Of a stretch of 64,000 bases of DNA, positions 1 through 9,458 are shown one piece after another (the stretch's first letter is position 1; every line of letters starts with the position of its first letter). The stretch comes from an uncultured Actinomycetota bacterium (lineage in GTDB: Bacteria > Actinomycetota > Actinomycetes > Mycobacteriales > Nakamurellaceae). Both the position numbers and the translations under genes were made by a program. The notes below the pieces were generated by a model, which saw only the letters and a program-made list of their open reading frames with translations, searched no databases and was not told where the DNA came from. The stretch is from contig CAVXYU010000040.1 of assembly GCA_963766015.1 (NCBI GenBank), positions 137,640-201,639 of the forward strand, read 5' to 3'.

Positions 1-628
1 CCAGCGCGAACAGCACCGTGCCGAGGATGCCGTCGATGACGATCGCCCACAGGTCGGGTTGAGAGACCAGATTCCACAACGAGTTCGGGACGTTGAGGCC
101 CCTTGATGCCACCGCGACGCAGGTGAAGGCGAGCCCGGCGGCAAACGCCAACAGGACCGCCGACCACGGTGGCCGCAGACGCATGGCGAGCACCCCGATC
201 GCGGCCAGCGGTACCGACATGCCCAGCAGCACCCAGTGCCATTCCGGGGCGAGCGGCGGCGCATCACTGGCCTGCGACGAGATGCCCAGCAGGATCAGAC
301 CGCAGACGGAGGCGCCGAGCGCGATCCAGCCGGGTCGGCCCAGCGGCCGCCCGGTGGCGGCCACGATCAGGGCCGTCACACCGACGCTGCAGGCGACGAC
401 GGCCTGCACGAGGAACAGCGGCAGCACTTGCAGCGCTATCACCATGAAGACGAATCCGAGCAGGTCGATCGCGAGGCCGGCGAAGTACACCGGTTCCCGC
501 AGCAGCGGTCCCAGCGAGTCCCGCCCCGTACTTCTGGCCGCCGCGCGCCGGATGCCGAACGCCTCGACCGCGGAACCGACCCCCGAGCCGACGGAGGCCA
601 GGACGGCGAACAGCAGGCCGAGGAGCAT
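1..628 (-). CDS. Multi-pass membrane protein, DMT-superfamily-like (partial, runs off window start)
   Basis: Manual minus-strand translation from ATG at 628: MLLGLLFAVLASVGSGVGSAVEAFG...YFAGLAIDLLGFVFMVIALQVLPLFLVQAVVACSVGVTA; many hydrophobic helices. Absent from the ORF track because no stop lies in the window. Confidence 0.7.
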   Translation of the reverse strand, partial: MLLGLLFAVLASVGSGVGSAVEAFGIRRAAARSTGRDSLGPLLREPVYFAGLAIDLLGFVFMVIALQVLPLFLVQAVVACSVGVTALIVAATGRPLGRPGWIALGASVCGLILLGISSQASDAPPLAPEWHWVLLGMSVPLAAIGVLAMRLRPPWSAVLLAFAAGLAFTCVAVASRGLNVPNSLWNLVSQPDLWAIVIDGILGTVLFAL

Positions 629-676
629 GGCGGCAGTTTCGCATCCCGGTCCGGCGGTTCGGCCGAGCCCGGATGA

Positions 677-1264
677 TCAGCGCGCCGCGAAGCCCAGCCA
701 GATGTCACCCAGCGCCCGATCGAACGCGGCGGCACGATCGGTGGGGTCCCCGTCGATCAGTCCCGCGAGTTCCAATTCCACCAGGCCGTGGACCAATGCC
801 CACAACGTGTTGGCCATCCGTTCGGCGTCGTCGACGGCGCACCGGCCGCTGTCGATGCAGCGCTGGGCGGCCTGCTGGAGCACTGAGAACGTCGTCGGCA
901 GGTCCTTCTCGGCGGCGCGCAGGCGTGCCGTCCCTGCACCGAAGATGACCCGGTAGAAGTGCGGATCCTCCAGCGCGCTCGCCCGGTAGGCCCGGCCCAG
1001 GTCGAGCAGGCGAGCGACGGGGTCCTCCACCTGGCCGACCGCGGCCAGGTGCGACGCGAAGCGGGCAACGGCCTCCGCGGCGACGGCGGCCAGCAGGTGA
1101 TCCCTGCTGCCGAAGAGTGCGTAGACCGCGGATGTCGAGGTTCCCGCCGCCGAGGCGACGGTCCGGACGCTCACCGCGTCGGCGCCGTGCTCGGCGACCA
1201 GCCGGGAGGTCTGCGTCAGCAGCACATCCCGGAGTGCGGCGTCATGCACCTTCGGCGGCGGCAT
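677..1264 (-). CDS. TetR/AcrR-family regulator with WHG C-terminal domain
   Basis: N-terminal HTH (VSVRTVASAAGTSTSAVYALFGSRDHL) and LWALVHGLVELE motif. Confidence 0.9.
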   Translation of the reverse strand: MPPPKVHDAALRDVLLTQTSRLVAEHGADAVSVRTVASAAGTSTSAVYALFGSRDHLLAAVAAEAVARFASHLAAVGQVEDPVARLLDLGRAYRASALEDPHFYRVIFGAGTARLRAAEKDLPTTFSVLQQAAQRCIDSGRCAVDDAERMANTLWALVHGLVELELAGLIDGDPTDRAAAFDRALGDIWLGFAAR

Positions 1265-1295
1265 CGCAGCAGTCTAGGGGATTGACACGCGTTCT

Positions 1296-1321
1296 GTAAC
1301 GCTGTTCTATAACGGTGTTAC
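1296..1321. promoter_or_regulatory. Probable TetR operator (imperfect palindrome) in the divergent promoter
   Basis: GTAACGCTGTTCTATAACGGTGTTAC matches its reverse complement at 20/26 positions; TTGACA at 1282-1287; lies between divergent tetR and membrane-protein genes. Confidence 0.6.
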
Positions 1322-1358
1322 CAATGACGGCCAGGTGGCCGGAATCCCTGTGGAGGCT

Positions 1359-1403
1359 TGTGGTGATCGAACTGTGGTGATCGGACTGTGGTGATCGAAC
1401 TGT
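1359..1403 (+). repeat. 14-bp tandem repeat x3 (TGTGGTGATCG[A/G]AC) spanning a start codon
   Basis: Units at 1359-1372, 1373-1386 and 1387-1400, plus TGT. Confidence 0.9.
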
Positions 1404-1804
1404 CGGAGGCCGCGCGGACGACGGCAGGCATCGTGCTGCTGACCATCTGCGGTATCGAGTATGGCGGCGTGTTCCTCGTCCGCACGTTGCGGCGGGATCT
1501 GGGATTGACCGATTTCCAACGTTCGTTCTTCCGGGCCGGCCATGCCCACGCCGGGGTGCTGGTGATCCTCGGTCTCGTCTGCCTGATCCTGACAGGCGCA
1601 ACCGATCTCTCCGGGTTTTGGGCGTGGTTGGCCGGTACCGGTGCACTGATCGCGGCGATCGCGATGTCGGCTGGCTTCTTCTTCTCGGCGATGGGTTCGG
1701 GCCGGACGGCGCCGAACCGATGGATCGGCCTGGTCTTCGGCGGAGCCGTGGTGATGGCCGGTGGCGTGCTGACCCTCGGGATCGGTCTGCTGGCTGCCGG
1801 CTGA
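1391..1804 (+). CDS. Small 4-TM membrane protein with RAGHAHAG motif
   Basis: ORF 1388-1804 (GTG at 1388 or 1391); hydrophobic helices; FFRAGHAHAGVL motif; divergent from tetR. Confidence 0.8.
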   Translation: MIELSEAARTTAGIVLLTICGIEYGGVFLVRTLRRDLGLTDFQRSFFRAGHAHAGVLVILGLVCLILTGATDLSGFWAWLAGTGALIAAIAMSAGFFFSAMGSGRTAPNRWIGLVFGGAVVMAGGVLTLGIGLLAAG

Positions 1805-1809
1805 CGCGG

Positions 1810-2343
1810 TCACCGGGCGATTCGGTAGAGCGCGAACGGCGCATCGTCGCGGACCCCGATGCAGCCCTCGACCAAGCCGGGCGCATGGATGATCTTGAGG
1901 AACGTCATGTCGAGTCTTTCCATGACGGCGCGCGAGGCGACATTGTGGATCTCGGTGAACGCCACGATCTCCGGGCACCCGAGCACGTCGAAACCGAAGT
2001 CGATTCCGGCCGCCCCGATCTCGGTCGCGAATCCCTTGCCGCGCATCGCGTCTCGAAGAGCCCAGCCGAGCTCCGGCCCACGGTGCCCGTCGACAGTGGC
2101 CAGGCTCAGTCCGCCGCGTCCGATCAGCGCTCCGTCCGATCGACGGTGGGCGATCCACTTTCCCACGCCGTCCTCCGACCACCGCCGGGCCATCTCGTCC
2201 GCGAATCGAGCGGCGTGCGCGTCGGACCAGACCCCGGCGTTCCAATACGCGACGTTCGGGTCGGAGTGCAGCCGGACCAGATCCGCGATGTGTTCGGGCC
2301 CGATCGGTGTCAGGATCAGCCGATCCGTCGTGACGACACTCAC
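1810..2343 (-). CDS. GNAT N-acetyltransferase, RimJ/RimL type
   Basis: TDRLIL start, ELGWAL..MRGKGFATE, NVASRAVMERL motifs. Confidence 0.9.
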   Translation of the reverse strand: MSVVTTDRLILTPIGPEHIADLVRLHSDPNVAYWNAGVWSDAHAARFADEMARRWSEDGVGKWIAHRRSDGALIGRGGLSLATVDGHRGPELGWALRDAMRGKGFATEIGAAGIDFGFDVLGCPEIVAFTEIHNVASRAVMERLDMTFLKIIHAPGLVEGCIGVRDDAPFALYRIAR

Positions 2344-2352
2344 GGGGAACCG

Positions 2353-2694
2353 CTAGGCCCGCAGGACCTTCTGCATCGCCTTGCCCTTGGCGAGCTCGTC
2401 GACCAACTTGTCGAGGTAGCGGATCTTCTGCATCAACGGGTCTTCGACGTCCTCGACGCGCACCCCGCAGATCACGCCCTTGATCAACGACACGTTCGGG
2501 TTGAGGTGGGCCTGCGCGAAGAAGTCCTCGAAGGTCGTGCCCGCCGCGAGGTGTTGCTGCAACGCCGACTCGTCGAAGCCGGTCAGCCACTCGATGACCT
2601 CATCCAGTTCGGCCCGCGTGCGGCCCTTGCGTTCGACCTTGTTCACGTAATGCGGATAGACCGACGCGAAACTGGTGGTGAAGATCCTGCTCAT
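2353..2694 (-). CDS. DUF2200 family protein
   Basis: [18 protein letters not shown]...[33 protein letters not shown]. Confidence 0.9.
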   Translation of the reverse strand: MSRIFTTSFASVYPHYVNKVERKGRTRAELDEVIEWLTGFDESALQQHLAAGTTFEDFFAQAHLNPNVSLIKGVICGVRVEDVEDPLMQKIRYLDKLVDELAKGKAMQKVLRA

Positions 2695-2823
2695 CGCGTG
2701 CAGCGTAATGGCCTTGCACGGCGATCTCGACTGCGTTGTCCCTCATGTACGACCTCGGTCGGCCGTGGTGAGGCAGCACGACGACGGTGATGAGTTTTCG
2801 GTCCGCCCGCCGTCACACACACC

Positions 2824-3807
2824 ATGAACACCATGACCGACGAACTCCGGCCACTCGACGAGCAGGCTTTCGATGCCCGGGTCGAACCGCACCGCCGCGA
2901 GCTGCACGTCCACTGCTACCGCCTGCTCGGCTCGTTCGAGGAGGCCGAGGATCTCGTTCAGGAGGCGTTCCTGCGCGCGTGGCGCGGACGGGGGACGTAC
3001 GAGGGCCGGTCGTCGGTCCGCGCGTGGCTGTACCGGATCGCGACCAATGCCTGCCTGGACGCGCTCGACAAGCGCCCGCGGCTGCCGGGTGCCAGCGGCG
3101 AGATCGCCTGGCTGCAGCCCTATCCCGACGAGTTGCTCGAGCAATTGCCCGACCGGCGCGAAGGCCCGGAGGACGTCGCGCTGGCGAAGGAGACGATCGA
3201 GCTGGCGTTCATCGCAGCGATCCAGGAGCTGGCGCCGCTGCCGCGGGCGGTGCTGGTGCTGCGCGATGTCCTGGGCTGCTCGGCGAAGGAAACCGCGCGG
3301 CTGCTGGAGAAGACGGAAGCGTCGGTGAACTCGGCGCTGCAGCGCGCCCGGGCCGGGCTCCGGAACAGCCTGCCCGAGGACCGCGAGGCATGGCACCACG
3401 CAGCTGAGGTGACGGCCGTCGAGCGGGACCTGCTCGCCCGCTACGTCCAGTACAGCGAACAGGTCGACCCGGCGGGCCTGGCCGCGCTCATGCACGAGGA
3501 TCTGCGTTTCTCCATGCCGCCGACGCCCGGCGTCTGGACCGGTCGGAGCACCGTCGTGCAGGGCTGGGTCGACGGCGGATTCGGATCGGACGCGTTCGGC
3601 AGTGTGCGCTGCCTGACCACCCGCGCCAACGGTCAGCCCGCGGTCGCCTGCTACCTGCGCAAGCCCGGCGATGTCGCGCACGAACCGCTGACGCTCGACG
3701 TGCTGCGCGTGCAGGGCGGGGTCGTCACCGAGATCGTCACCTTCGACTCGACGGTGTTCCGGCACTTCGACCTGCCCGCCACTCTCGATGCGACCATCAC
3801 GAGATGA
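2824..3807 (+). CDS. ECF sigma-70 factor with C-terminal SnoaL-like extension (SigG-like)
   Basis: HCYRLLGSFEEAEDLVQE, WLYRIATNACLD, WLQPYPD, region 4 VNSALQRAR, C-terminal SMPP...ANGQPAVACY. Confidence 0.9.
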   Translation: MNTMTDELRPLDEQAFDARVEPHRRELHVHCYRLLGSFEEAEDLVQEAFLRAWRGRGTYEGRSSVRAWLYRIATNACLDALDKRPRLPGASGEIAWLQPYPDELLEQLPDRREGPEDVALAKETIELAFIAAIQELAPLPRAVLVLRDVLGCSAKETARLLEKTEASVNSALQRARAGLRNSLPEDREAWHHAAEVTAVERDLLARYVQYSEQVDPAGLAALMHEDLRFSMPPTPGVWTGRSTVVQGWVDGGFGSDAFGSVRCLTTRANGQPAVACYLRKPGDVAHEPLTLDVLRVQGGVVTEIVTFDSTVFRHFDLPATLDATITR

Positions 3808-4424
3808 ACACCCCCGTCCCCATCACCGTCACGCCGGTCTTCGTCGCCGACCTGCTCGCCGAGGGCGAGCGGATGCCCGTCTACGTGCACGTCATCAAGC
3901 ACCCCGATGGGCGGGTCCTGGTCGACACCGGCCTGACGGAGCTGCATCCGTTGGTGGCCGATATGGATCCCCGTATCCGACCGCTCGACCAGCAGGATCT
4001 CGACCTCGCCGGCATCGACATCGTCGTCAACACGCACCTGCATTTCGACCACTGCGGCGGCAACCACCTCTTCGCCGGCCGGCCGATCTACGTCCAGCGC
4101 CGCGAACTCGAGGATGCGCGCAGCAAGGACGACTACACGATCCGCGAGTGGGTTGATGCACCCGGCGTGCGGTATGAACCGGTCGACGGCGAGCTGGAAT
4201 TGCTGCCCGGGGTCCGGCTGGTACCGGCGCCGGGCCACACGCCCGGCACGCAGGTGGTGGTGATCGAGAACGGCGGACCTCCGACCGTGATCTGCGGTGA
4301 CGTCGCGGTGTGGTTCGGCGAACTCGACGAGCCGCGAACCGAGGGCCAACTGCTGGTACGGGCCCTCGAGCCCGAATTGGTCTGGCTCGCGCATACGCAC
4401 GAGCCGTGGCGACCGGCCCGCTGA
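3804..4424 (+). CDS. Metallo-beta-lactamase-fold hydrolase, N-acyl-homoserine-lactonase-like
   Basis: THLHFDHCGGN, APGHTPG, GD motifs; ATGA overlap with the sigma gene. Confidence 0.8.
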   Translation: MNTPVPITVTPVFVADLLAEGERMPVYVHVIKHPDGRVLVDTGLTELHPLVADMDPRIRPLDQQDLDLAGIDIVVNTHLHFDHCGGNHLFAGRPIYVQRRELEDARSKDDYTIREWVDAPGVRYEPVDGELELLPGVRLVPAPGHTPGTQVVVIENGGPPTVICGDVAVWFGELDEPRTEGQLLVRALEPELVWLAHTHEPWRPAR

Positions 4425-4434
4425 AATCGGCCGG

Positions 4435-5055
4435 CTACCGCTGCGTGACGGCGTACGTCAGGTGCGTCACCCGTTGGGTCGGCTCCGCCCGGATCGGCTG
4501 CAGGGCTACCCGACCCGCGTCGACGCCCTCGAACAACCGGATTCCGGAGCCGAACAGCACCGGTGAAAGCGCAATGGTGAACTCGTCGATCAGGCCTGCG
4601 TTGACGTACTCGAGGATGGTTGCGCCGCCGCCCGCGATGCGGACGTCCCGATCACCGGCGGCGTCGCGGGCCCGGATGAGGGCGGCCTCGATGCCGTCGT
4701 TGACGAAGTGGAAAGTGGTCCCGCCAGGCCGTTCCCACGGGTCACGCTGTTCATGCGTCAGCACGAAGACAGGGGTGTGGAACGGTGCGTTCTCCGGCCA
4801 CATCCGCTCGCCGGCGTCGAACATCCGCTTGCCCATCACAGTCGCGCCGGTGCGTTCGAACGTCTCCCGCACGATGTCGTTGTCCCGGCCTTCCTCGCCG
4901 CCCTTGCCCAGCGACAGGTTCTGCCGGAAGAACCGCGTCGGGAAGACCCATCGCTGCAGTTCCATCCACTGCCGCCCCATCAGCTCCTCGCTGGACTCGG
5001 GCGCGATGAACCCGTCCAGTGACATCGACACGCTGAAGAAGACCTTCCCGGGCAT
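4435..5055 (-). CDS. Dihydrofolate-reductase/RibD C-terminal family protein
   Basis: Start re-assigned to ATG 5055 (MPGKVFFSVSMSLDGFIA); MGKRMFD, IAGGG, PVLFGSGIRLF motifs. Confidence 0.88.
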   Translation of the reverse strand: MPGKVFFSVSMSLDGFIAPESSEELMGRQWMELQRWVFPTRFFRQNLSLGKGGEEGRDNDIVRETFERTGATVMGKRMFDAGERMWPENAPFHTPVFVLTHEQRDPWERPGGTTFHFVNDGIEAALIRARDAAGDRDVRIAGGGATILEYVNAGLIDEFTIALSPVLFGSGIRLFEGVDAGRVALQPIRAEPTQRVTHLTYAVTQR

Positions 5056-5561
5056 CAGCCCTCGACCTCCATCCGCAGGGTCCCGGTGACGTAGGCAGCC
5101 AGGTTGTCCACGGTCTGCCGGCCGCCCTCGATCGCGTGGTACTGCTCGACCGCCTGGTCGCGTAGCTCCTTGGTGGGAAATACCGTGCGCATCCGGATCC
5201 GGGTCGCCGCGCCGTCCGGCTCGAACGTCAGGAATGATTCGAAGGCGTTCGGATCGCCGCGAAACTCGCCGTGCAGCAACGCGATTCGCACGGGTGAGGT
5301 GATCTCGGTCCACGAGATCCACTCCGGGTAGTCCGTGCCGTCCGGTCCGTGCATGACGAAAACCCACTCACCGCCGACGCGGAATTCGAACGCCCGGGTG
5401 GTGGTCGTGAAACCCTCCGGCCCCCACCACCGCGACAGGTGCCGCACCTCGGTGAACGCCCCGAACACCAACTCCGGTGCGGCGTCGATGACCCGGGAGA
5501 TGACGATCTCTCGGTCGGCCGTCGCGGATTGCGCCGGCGCTCCTTGTCGGGTCCTGCTCAT
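5055..5561 (-). CDS. SRPBCC/AHSA1 family protein
   Basis: DREIVISRVIDAAPELVF..FT, WWGPEGF, FRVGGEW; ATG 5561 overlaps the arsR stop. Confidence 0.88.
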   Translation of the reverse strand: MSRTRQGAPAQSATADREIVISRVIDAAPELVFGAFTEVRHLSRWWGPEGFTTTTRAFEFRVGGEWVFVMHGPDGTDYPEWISWTEITSPVRIALLHGEFRGDPNAFESFLTFEPDGAATRIRMRTVFPTKELRDQAVEQYHAIEGGRQTVDNLAAYVTGTLRMEVEG

Positions 5562-5902
5562 CGGTTTTCCTCCTGGGCCTTCTTGAGGTCCTGCACGTAC
5601 TCGTCCAGCCGTTCGAAGCTCTCGTTCCAGAACCGCTCGAACCCACCGGTCCACTCGTGGACCGGTCGCAGTCCGCGACTGTCCAGGCCGTACAGGCGCT
5701 GCTTCCCCGCCTTGCGGTCCTGCACCAGCCCGACCTCCCGGAGCACCCGCAGGTGCTTGGACGCCCCCGGCTGGGTCATGCCCAACTCGTGGGCCAACTC
5801 GGTGACCGGTCGCTCACCCGCCCGCAGGAACACGAGGATCTCCCGGCGCTGCGGCTCGGCGATGGCGTTGAACACGTCCGATGTCGTCGCTGCCCGGGCC
5901 AT
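5558..5902 (-). CDS. ArsR/SmtB-family regulator (arsR-SRPBCC-ribD operon)
   Basis: DVFNAIAEPQRREIL, SKHLRVLREVGLV HTH. Confidence 0.92.
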   Translation of the reverse strand: MARAATTSDVFNAIAEPQRREILVFLRAGERPVTELAHELGMTQPGASKHLRVLREVGLVQDRKAGKQRLYGLDSRGLRPVHEWTGGFERFWNESFERLDEYVQDLKKAQEENR

Positions 5903-6361
5903 GGCTCAGATCATATGCCGATATCGGCATACGTCAAGGGCGCCTCTCCGACTGTCCGGTCGTGCTGTGGACGAAGTGGTCGCCGGTGCGGCGACGCGGG
6001 GACATAAGGGCCGTCCCGTTCTGCGCCATCGCGGTGTCGACGTCCTGGGATCCGGTCGTGAATGGTTCGCTCACGACGTCGATCTCCCAGAAGTCGCGAC
6101 CATCGCCACCAGGCGACTCCGGGTCGCTCAGCCGCCGGGCGATCTCAATAGGCGCCGCTGGGTCGGCCACAAGACCGACGTGGACTGTGAACTACTTACC
6201 GAGCCCAAGTAGAAACGGCCAGGCTGAAGACGTCGAGGTGCAGGCTGCCACCCGGGACCCGCTGACCGGTGCCCGCGGTGTTGCGACAGATCGTCTGGCT
6301 CCGGAGGATGGGATGCGAAAGTCGGTTGCCGAATGCCGGGGCAGTGGGATTGAGTCCAGGC

Positions 6362-7306
6362 GTGGATCGGGTTCTGCACTCCAACGAGATTCCGATCGAC
6401 ATCGAGTTGGTCCGCACATTGGTGGGCCGGGCGATGCCGGCCTACGCTGCCGCGCCGTTGCGCCGCTTGCCGTCGAGCGGCTCGACAAACGCCCTATTCC
6501 GGCTCGGGGACGAGTTCCTCGTGCGATTGCCGCGCCAACCCGGCGGATCGGCGGCCATTTCCAAAGAGGCGACCTGGCTCCCGACACTGGCACCAACGTT
6601 GCCCGTGTCCGTGCCCGAGGTGGTTGCCGTGTTCGAGCCCGACCGGGACTATTCCGAACGCTGGTCGGTGGTCCGATGGATCGATGGTGAACACCCTGAG
6701 GTGCTCGGTGCGGAGACCTCCGTCCATCCGGGGCGAGAGAATCTGGCCAAGGACCTTGCCGCGGTCCTGGCAGCTCTGAACCGGGCAGATGTACCCGCCG
6801 AGGCGGTCAACAATCCGGACCTACGGTCGTATCGCGGCGAGCCCATCGCGACGATGGACCGGGCGACCCGAGAGAACATCGAGCGTTGCCGATCGCTAGT
6901 GGACTTCGATTTCGACCTGGACGCCGCGGAGCGTTTATGGGATGAAGCCATGAGGCTGCCCGGAGCGGCTGACCGTGTGTCGCCCCGGTGGTACCACGGT
7001 GATCTAGCGGCGGAGAACCTGCTGGTACGGAACGGGAAGCTGGCCGCGGTGCTGGATTTCGGAGGCTTATCGGTCGGGGACCCTACGGTCGACCTTGTGG
7101 TGGCTTGGGAAATACTTGATCCTCCCGGCAGGGAATTGTTCCGGAGGCAGCTCGGGGTCGATGACGCCACCTGGCTGCGAGGCCGGGCTTGGGCGCTCTC
7201 CATCACGCTGATGATCTGGTATTACTGGACGACCATGCCGGAGCGGCGGGCCAGCCGCATGACAATGGGTCGCAACGTCCTGGCCGACGCCGGATATTCG
7301 GTGTGA
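6362..7306 (+). CDS. Aminoglycoside phosphotransferase (APH)-family kinase
   Basis: SSGSTNALFRLG, HGDLAAENLLV, VLDFG, GDPTVDL, WLRGRAWAL motifs; start uncertain (6269-6374). Confidence 0.88.
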   Translation: MDRVLHSNEIPIDIELVRTLVGRAMPAYAAAPLRRLPSSGSTNALFRLGDEFLVRLPRQPGGSAAISKEATWLPTLAPTLPVSVPEVVAVFEPDRDYSERWSVVRWIDGEHPEVLGAETSVHPGRENLAKDLAAVLAALNRADVPAEAVNNPDLRSYRGEPIATMDRATRENIERCRSLVDFDFDLDAAERLWDEAMRLPGAADRVSPRWYHGDLAAENLLVRNGKLAAVLDFGGLSVGDPTVDLVVAWEILDPPGRELFRRQLGVDDATWLRGRAWALSITLMIWYYWTTMPERRASRMTMGRNVLADAGYSV

Positions 7307-7345
7307 CTCAGGCCGGCAGCGTGCTACTTCGCGCGCTGGTGAGTA

Positions 7346-7402
7346 TGGCGGAGGATGGGGGATTCGAATCCCCGAGGGCGTTGACCCAACACGCTTTCCA
7401 AG
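7346..7402 (-). repeat. Displaced 3' half of tRNA-Ser(GGA): distal attachment site
   Basis: 7347-7402 matches 14631-14686 at 54/56 nt in the same orientation; begins at the anticodon loop and ends in CCA. Confidence 0.92.
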
Positions 7403-7782
7403 TCGGCAAACGCATGTTGGCAGGAGGCCGTCATGGTCTGTGACCTCCGAACAGGAAGGTCAAGACGTGCGCGAACAGCGAGAAACGGACGCAACTGATT
7501 CTAAAACTGAGACCAGTTGGTCAATGCATGGCTCGTCGGGAACACCCTCCAGGGTCTGGGCACGTGTCTGCGTATCTACGGGCGGTCGTGAGATTTGCTC
7601 GTAGATGCCGTCGGCGAGAGTGCCGTACAGCCCAGTCACGCATGCTTGCACTGCGTGCCAAATCTGATTCGTGCCGTTGTTGATGTCACCCGAAAACGCA
7701 GCGTAGCGGGCTGCATGGGTAGGAGTGACCTTGATCTCGAACTGGCCAGCGCTGAAACCTGCACCTGAACCTCCGAGACGTA

Positions 7783-7950
7783 GTCGGCGTCCCGGAGCGC
7801 ACCGTGATGGGCATCATGGGCTGGTCGAGCACCGCGATGGCGGCGCGTTATCAGCACGTCATGGACCCGATCCGGCGGCAGGTCGCGGACCAGGTCGGCG
7901 GTCTGCTGTGGGCCGACGACCGACCCGTCCTAAAGAATCAAACTGGAACT
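7783..7950 (+). pseudogene. Tyrosine integrase C-terminal remnant
   Basis: GVPERTVMGIMGWSSTAMAARYQHVMDPIRRQVADQVGGLLWA: the GW...Y catalytic end typical of actinobacterial tRNA-targeting integrases; upstream part missing. Confidence 0.8.
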
Positions 7951-8019
7951 CAGTCGGTGCGCGGCAGTCATCATGGACGAAAGAGAAGCCACGAAGGGTC
8001 AATGACCAGGATAGTTGGG

Positions 8020-9096
8020 TCAGTATTTGTAGTGAGCGAGGCGGGTGCCGCCGCGACGCTTGGTTCCGGTGCTGGCCCGCATCGCCGGGACCATTTCGCT
8101 GGTGATCAGGCCGCTGTGATTGGTGAGCCGGTCGATGATGGTGAAGGATTCGGCGATCCGCTCAGGTGTGTCGATGACGATGGTGACGGTCGGGACGTGC
8201 CGGCCGAGTTGGATGGTCCGGTCGCCGTGCGGTTCGTGGTCGCCGTGGAAGCCCCACATGCCCCGCAGGGTGGTGGCGCCGGCGGCGCCGTCTCGGCGTA
8301 GTTCCCGGGTGATGGTGCGGTGCATCGGTTTGCCGTCGTGCAAGGCGGCTTCGGAGTTGTAGATCATCAGTTTCTGCCACAGCGCCATGCCGTGTTCGTC
8401 GGTGCCGGGCAGGGCGTGCGGGGTGCCGAGCAGTTGCCCGTCGCGTTTGCACACACGCACCCGTTCCAAGGTGAGCAGCGGCCGGCGGAGCAGGGCGCCC
8501 AGTTCGGGCAGGACGCGGGCGATCTGCGGCCCGGAGCCGACGGCGATGATCATCATCGGGACGTTGGCGTTTCGGCCGAGGAACCGGGCGCGTTCCCGGT
8601 GGCCGTGCGCGGTGCCGTCAACTCCGAGCAGTGCGGTGGCGCCGGCGATGCCGCGGCGGTGCAGCAGGTCGCAGACCGCGACGAAGGCGGGGACCCGGTA
8701 GATCCGTTCCTGACGCCCTACGTACACGGTCAGTTTGGTTGCCTCGTCCAGCTCCTCGGGCAGGCTGACGGGTTGGACGTCACCGGTGTGCAATCGGGCC
8801 CGTTCCAGAGTGACCAGGCCGTGTTCGGTGAGCTGGGTGGCCTCGGGTAGCAGGGCTTCGATGCGGGTGCGTGTGTCGACCGCGACGGCGACCGCGGGCA
8901 GATCCTCGGAGAGGGTCAATGAGCTGTCGGTCCGCAGGTGATGCTTGAGGCCGAAGCCTTCGACTCCGCGGATCAGGATGCTGGTGGCGACCCGGTGCCG
9001 CCCGTACAGGTCCAGCAAGGCGTCGGCGACAAATTGGTGGCCGACCCGGGTGCGCTCACCGAAGTACACGGTCAGCTTGAGGCAGTCCCCGTTCAT
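8020..9096 (-). CDS. DUF190 protein with three tandem PII-like domains (Rv3071-like)
   Basis: ATG 9096 overlaps the crcB stop; three repeats of KL(T/M)xY....G(A)T..(R)G..G(F)....P.....(V/I). Confidence 0.88.
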   Translation of the reverse strand: MNGDCLKLTVYFGERTRVGHQFVADALLDLYGRHRVATSILIRGVEGFGLKHHLRTDSSLTLSEDLPAVAVAVDTRTRIEALLPEATQLTEHGLVTLERARLHTGDVQPVSLPEELDEATKLTVYVGRQERIYRVPAFVAVCDLLHRRGIAGATALLGVDGTAHGHRERARFLGRNANVPMMIIAVGSGPQIARVLPELGALLRRPLLTLERVRVCKRDGQLLGTPHALPGTDEHGMALWQKLMIYNSEAALHDGKPMHRTITRELRRDGAAGATTLRGMWGFHGDHEPHGDRTIQLGRHVPTVTIVIDTPERIAESFTIIDRLTNHSGLITSEMVPAMRASTGTKRRGGTRLAHYKY

Positions 9097-9458
9097 GCGC
9101 GGGTGCCGATCCACTTGCCGACGGCGGCGGCGCCGACCCCCAGGACGAGGCTGGCAGCGATGTTGAGTGCGGCGGAGCGGTGTTGGCGTTCCTCGGTGAG
9201 CCGCTGCGTCTCGAACATCCACGTGGAGAACGTCGTGTACGACCCGACGGCGGCGGTGCCGGCCAGCAACGCGCCGTCCTCTGGCAACGCCAGTCCGGTG
9301 AGCCCTCCCAGGATCATCGCCCCGCTGACGTTGACCACCAGGGTGCCGAATGGGAATGCCCGGCCCAGGCGGGCGCCGACCACCCCGTCGACGGCGAACC
9401 GGAGGACGGACCCGCAGCCGCCGATCAGCACCACGCCCGCCCACACCAGGGCGTTCAC
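9093..9458 (-). CDS. crcB: Fluoride channel Fluc/CrcB, subunit 2
   Basis: GTG 9458; [29 protein letters not shown] motifs. Confidence 0.92.
   Translation of the reverse strand: MNALVWAGVVLIGGCGSVLRFAVDGVVGARLGRAFPFGTLVVNVSGAMILGGLTGLALPEDGALLAGTAAVGSYTTFSTWMFETQRLTEERQHRSAALNIAASLVLGVGAAAVGKWIGTRA

Noticed and set aside
1359-1403. CRISPR array (also considered for 24244-24300 and 43684-43760)
   Set aside because: These are head-to-tail repeats without spacers, and there are no cas genes.
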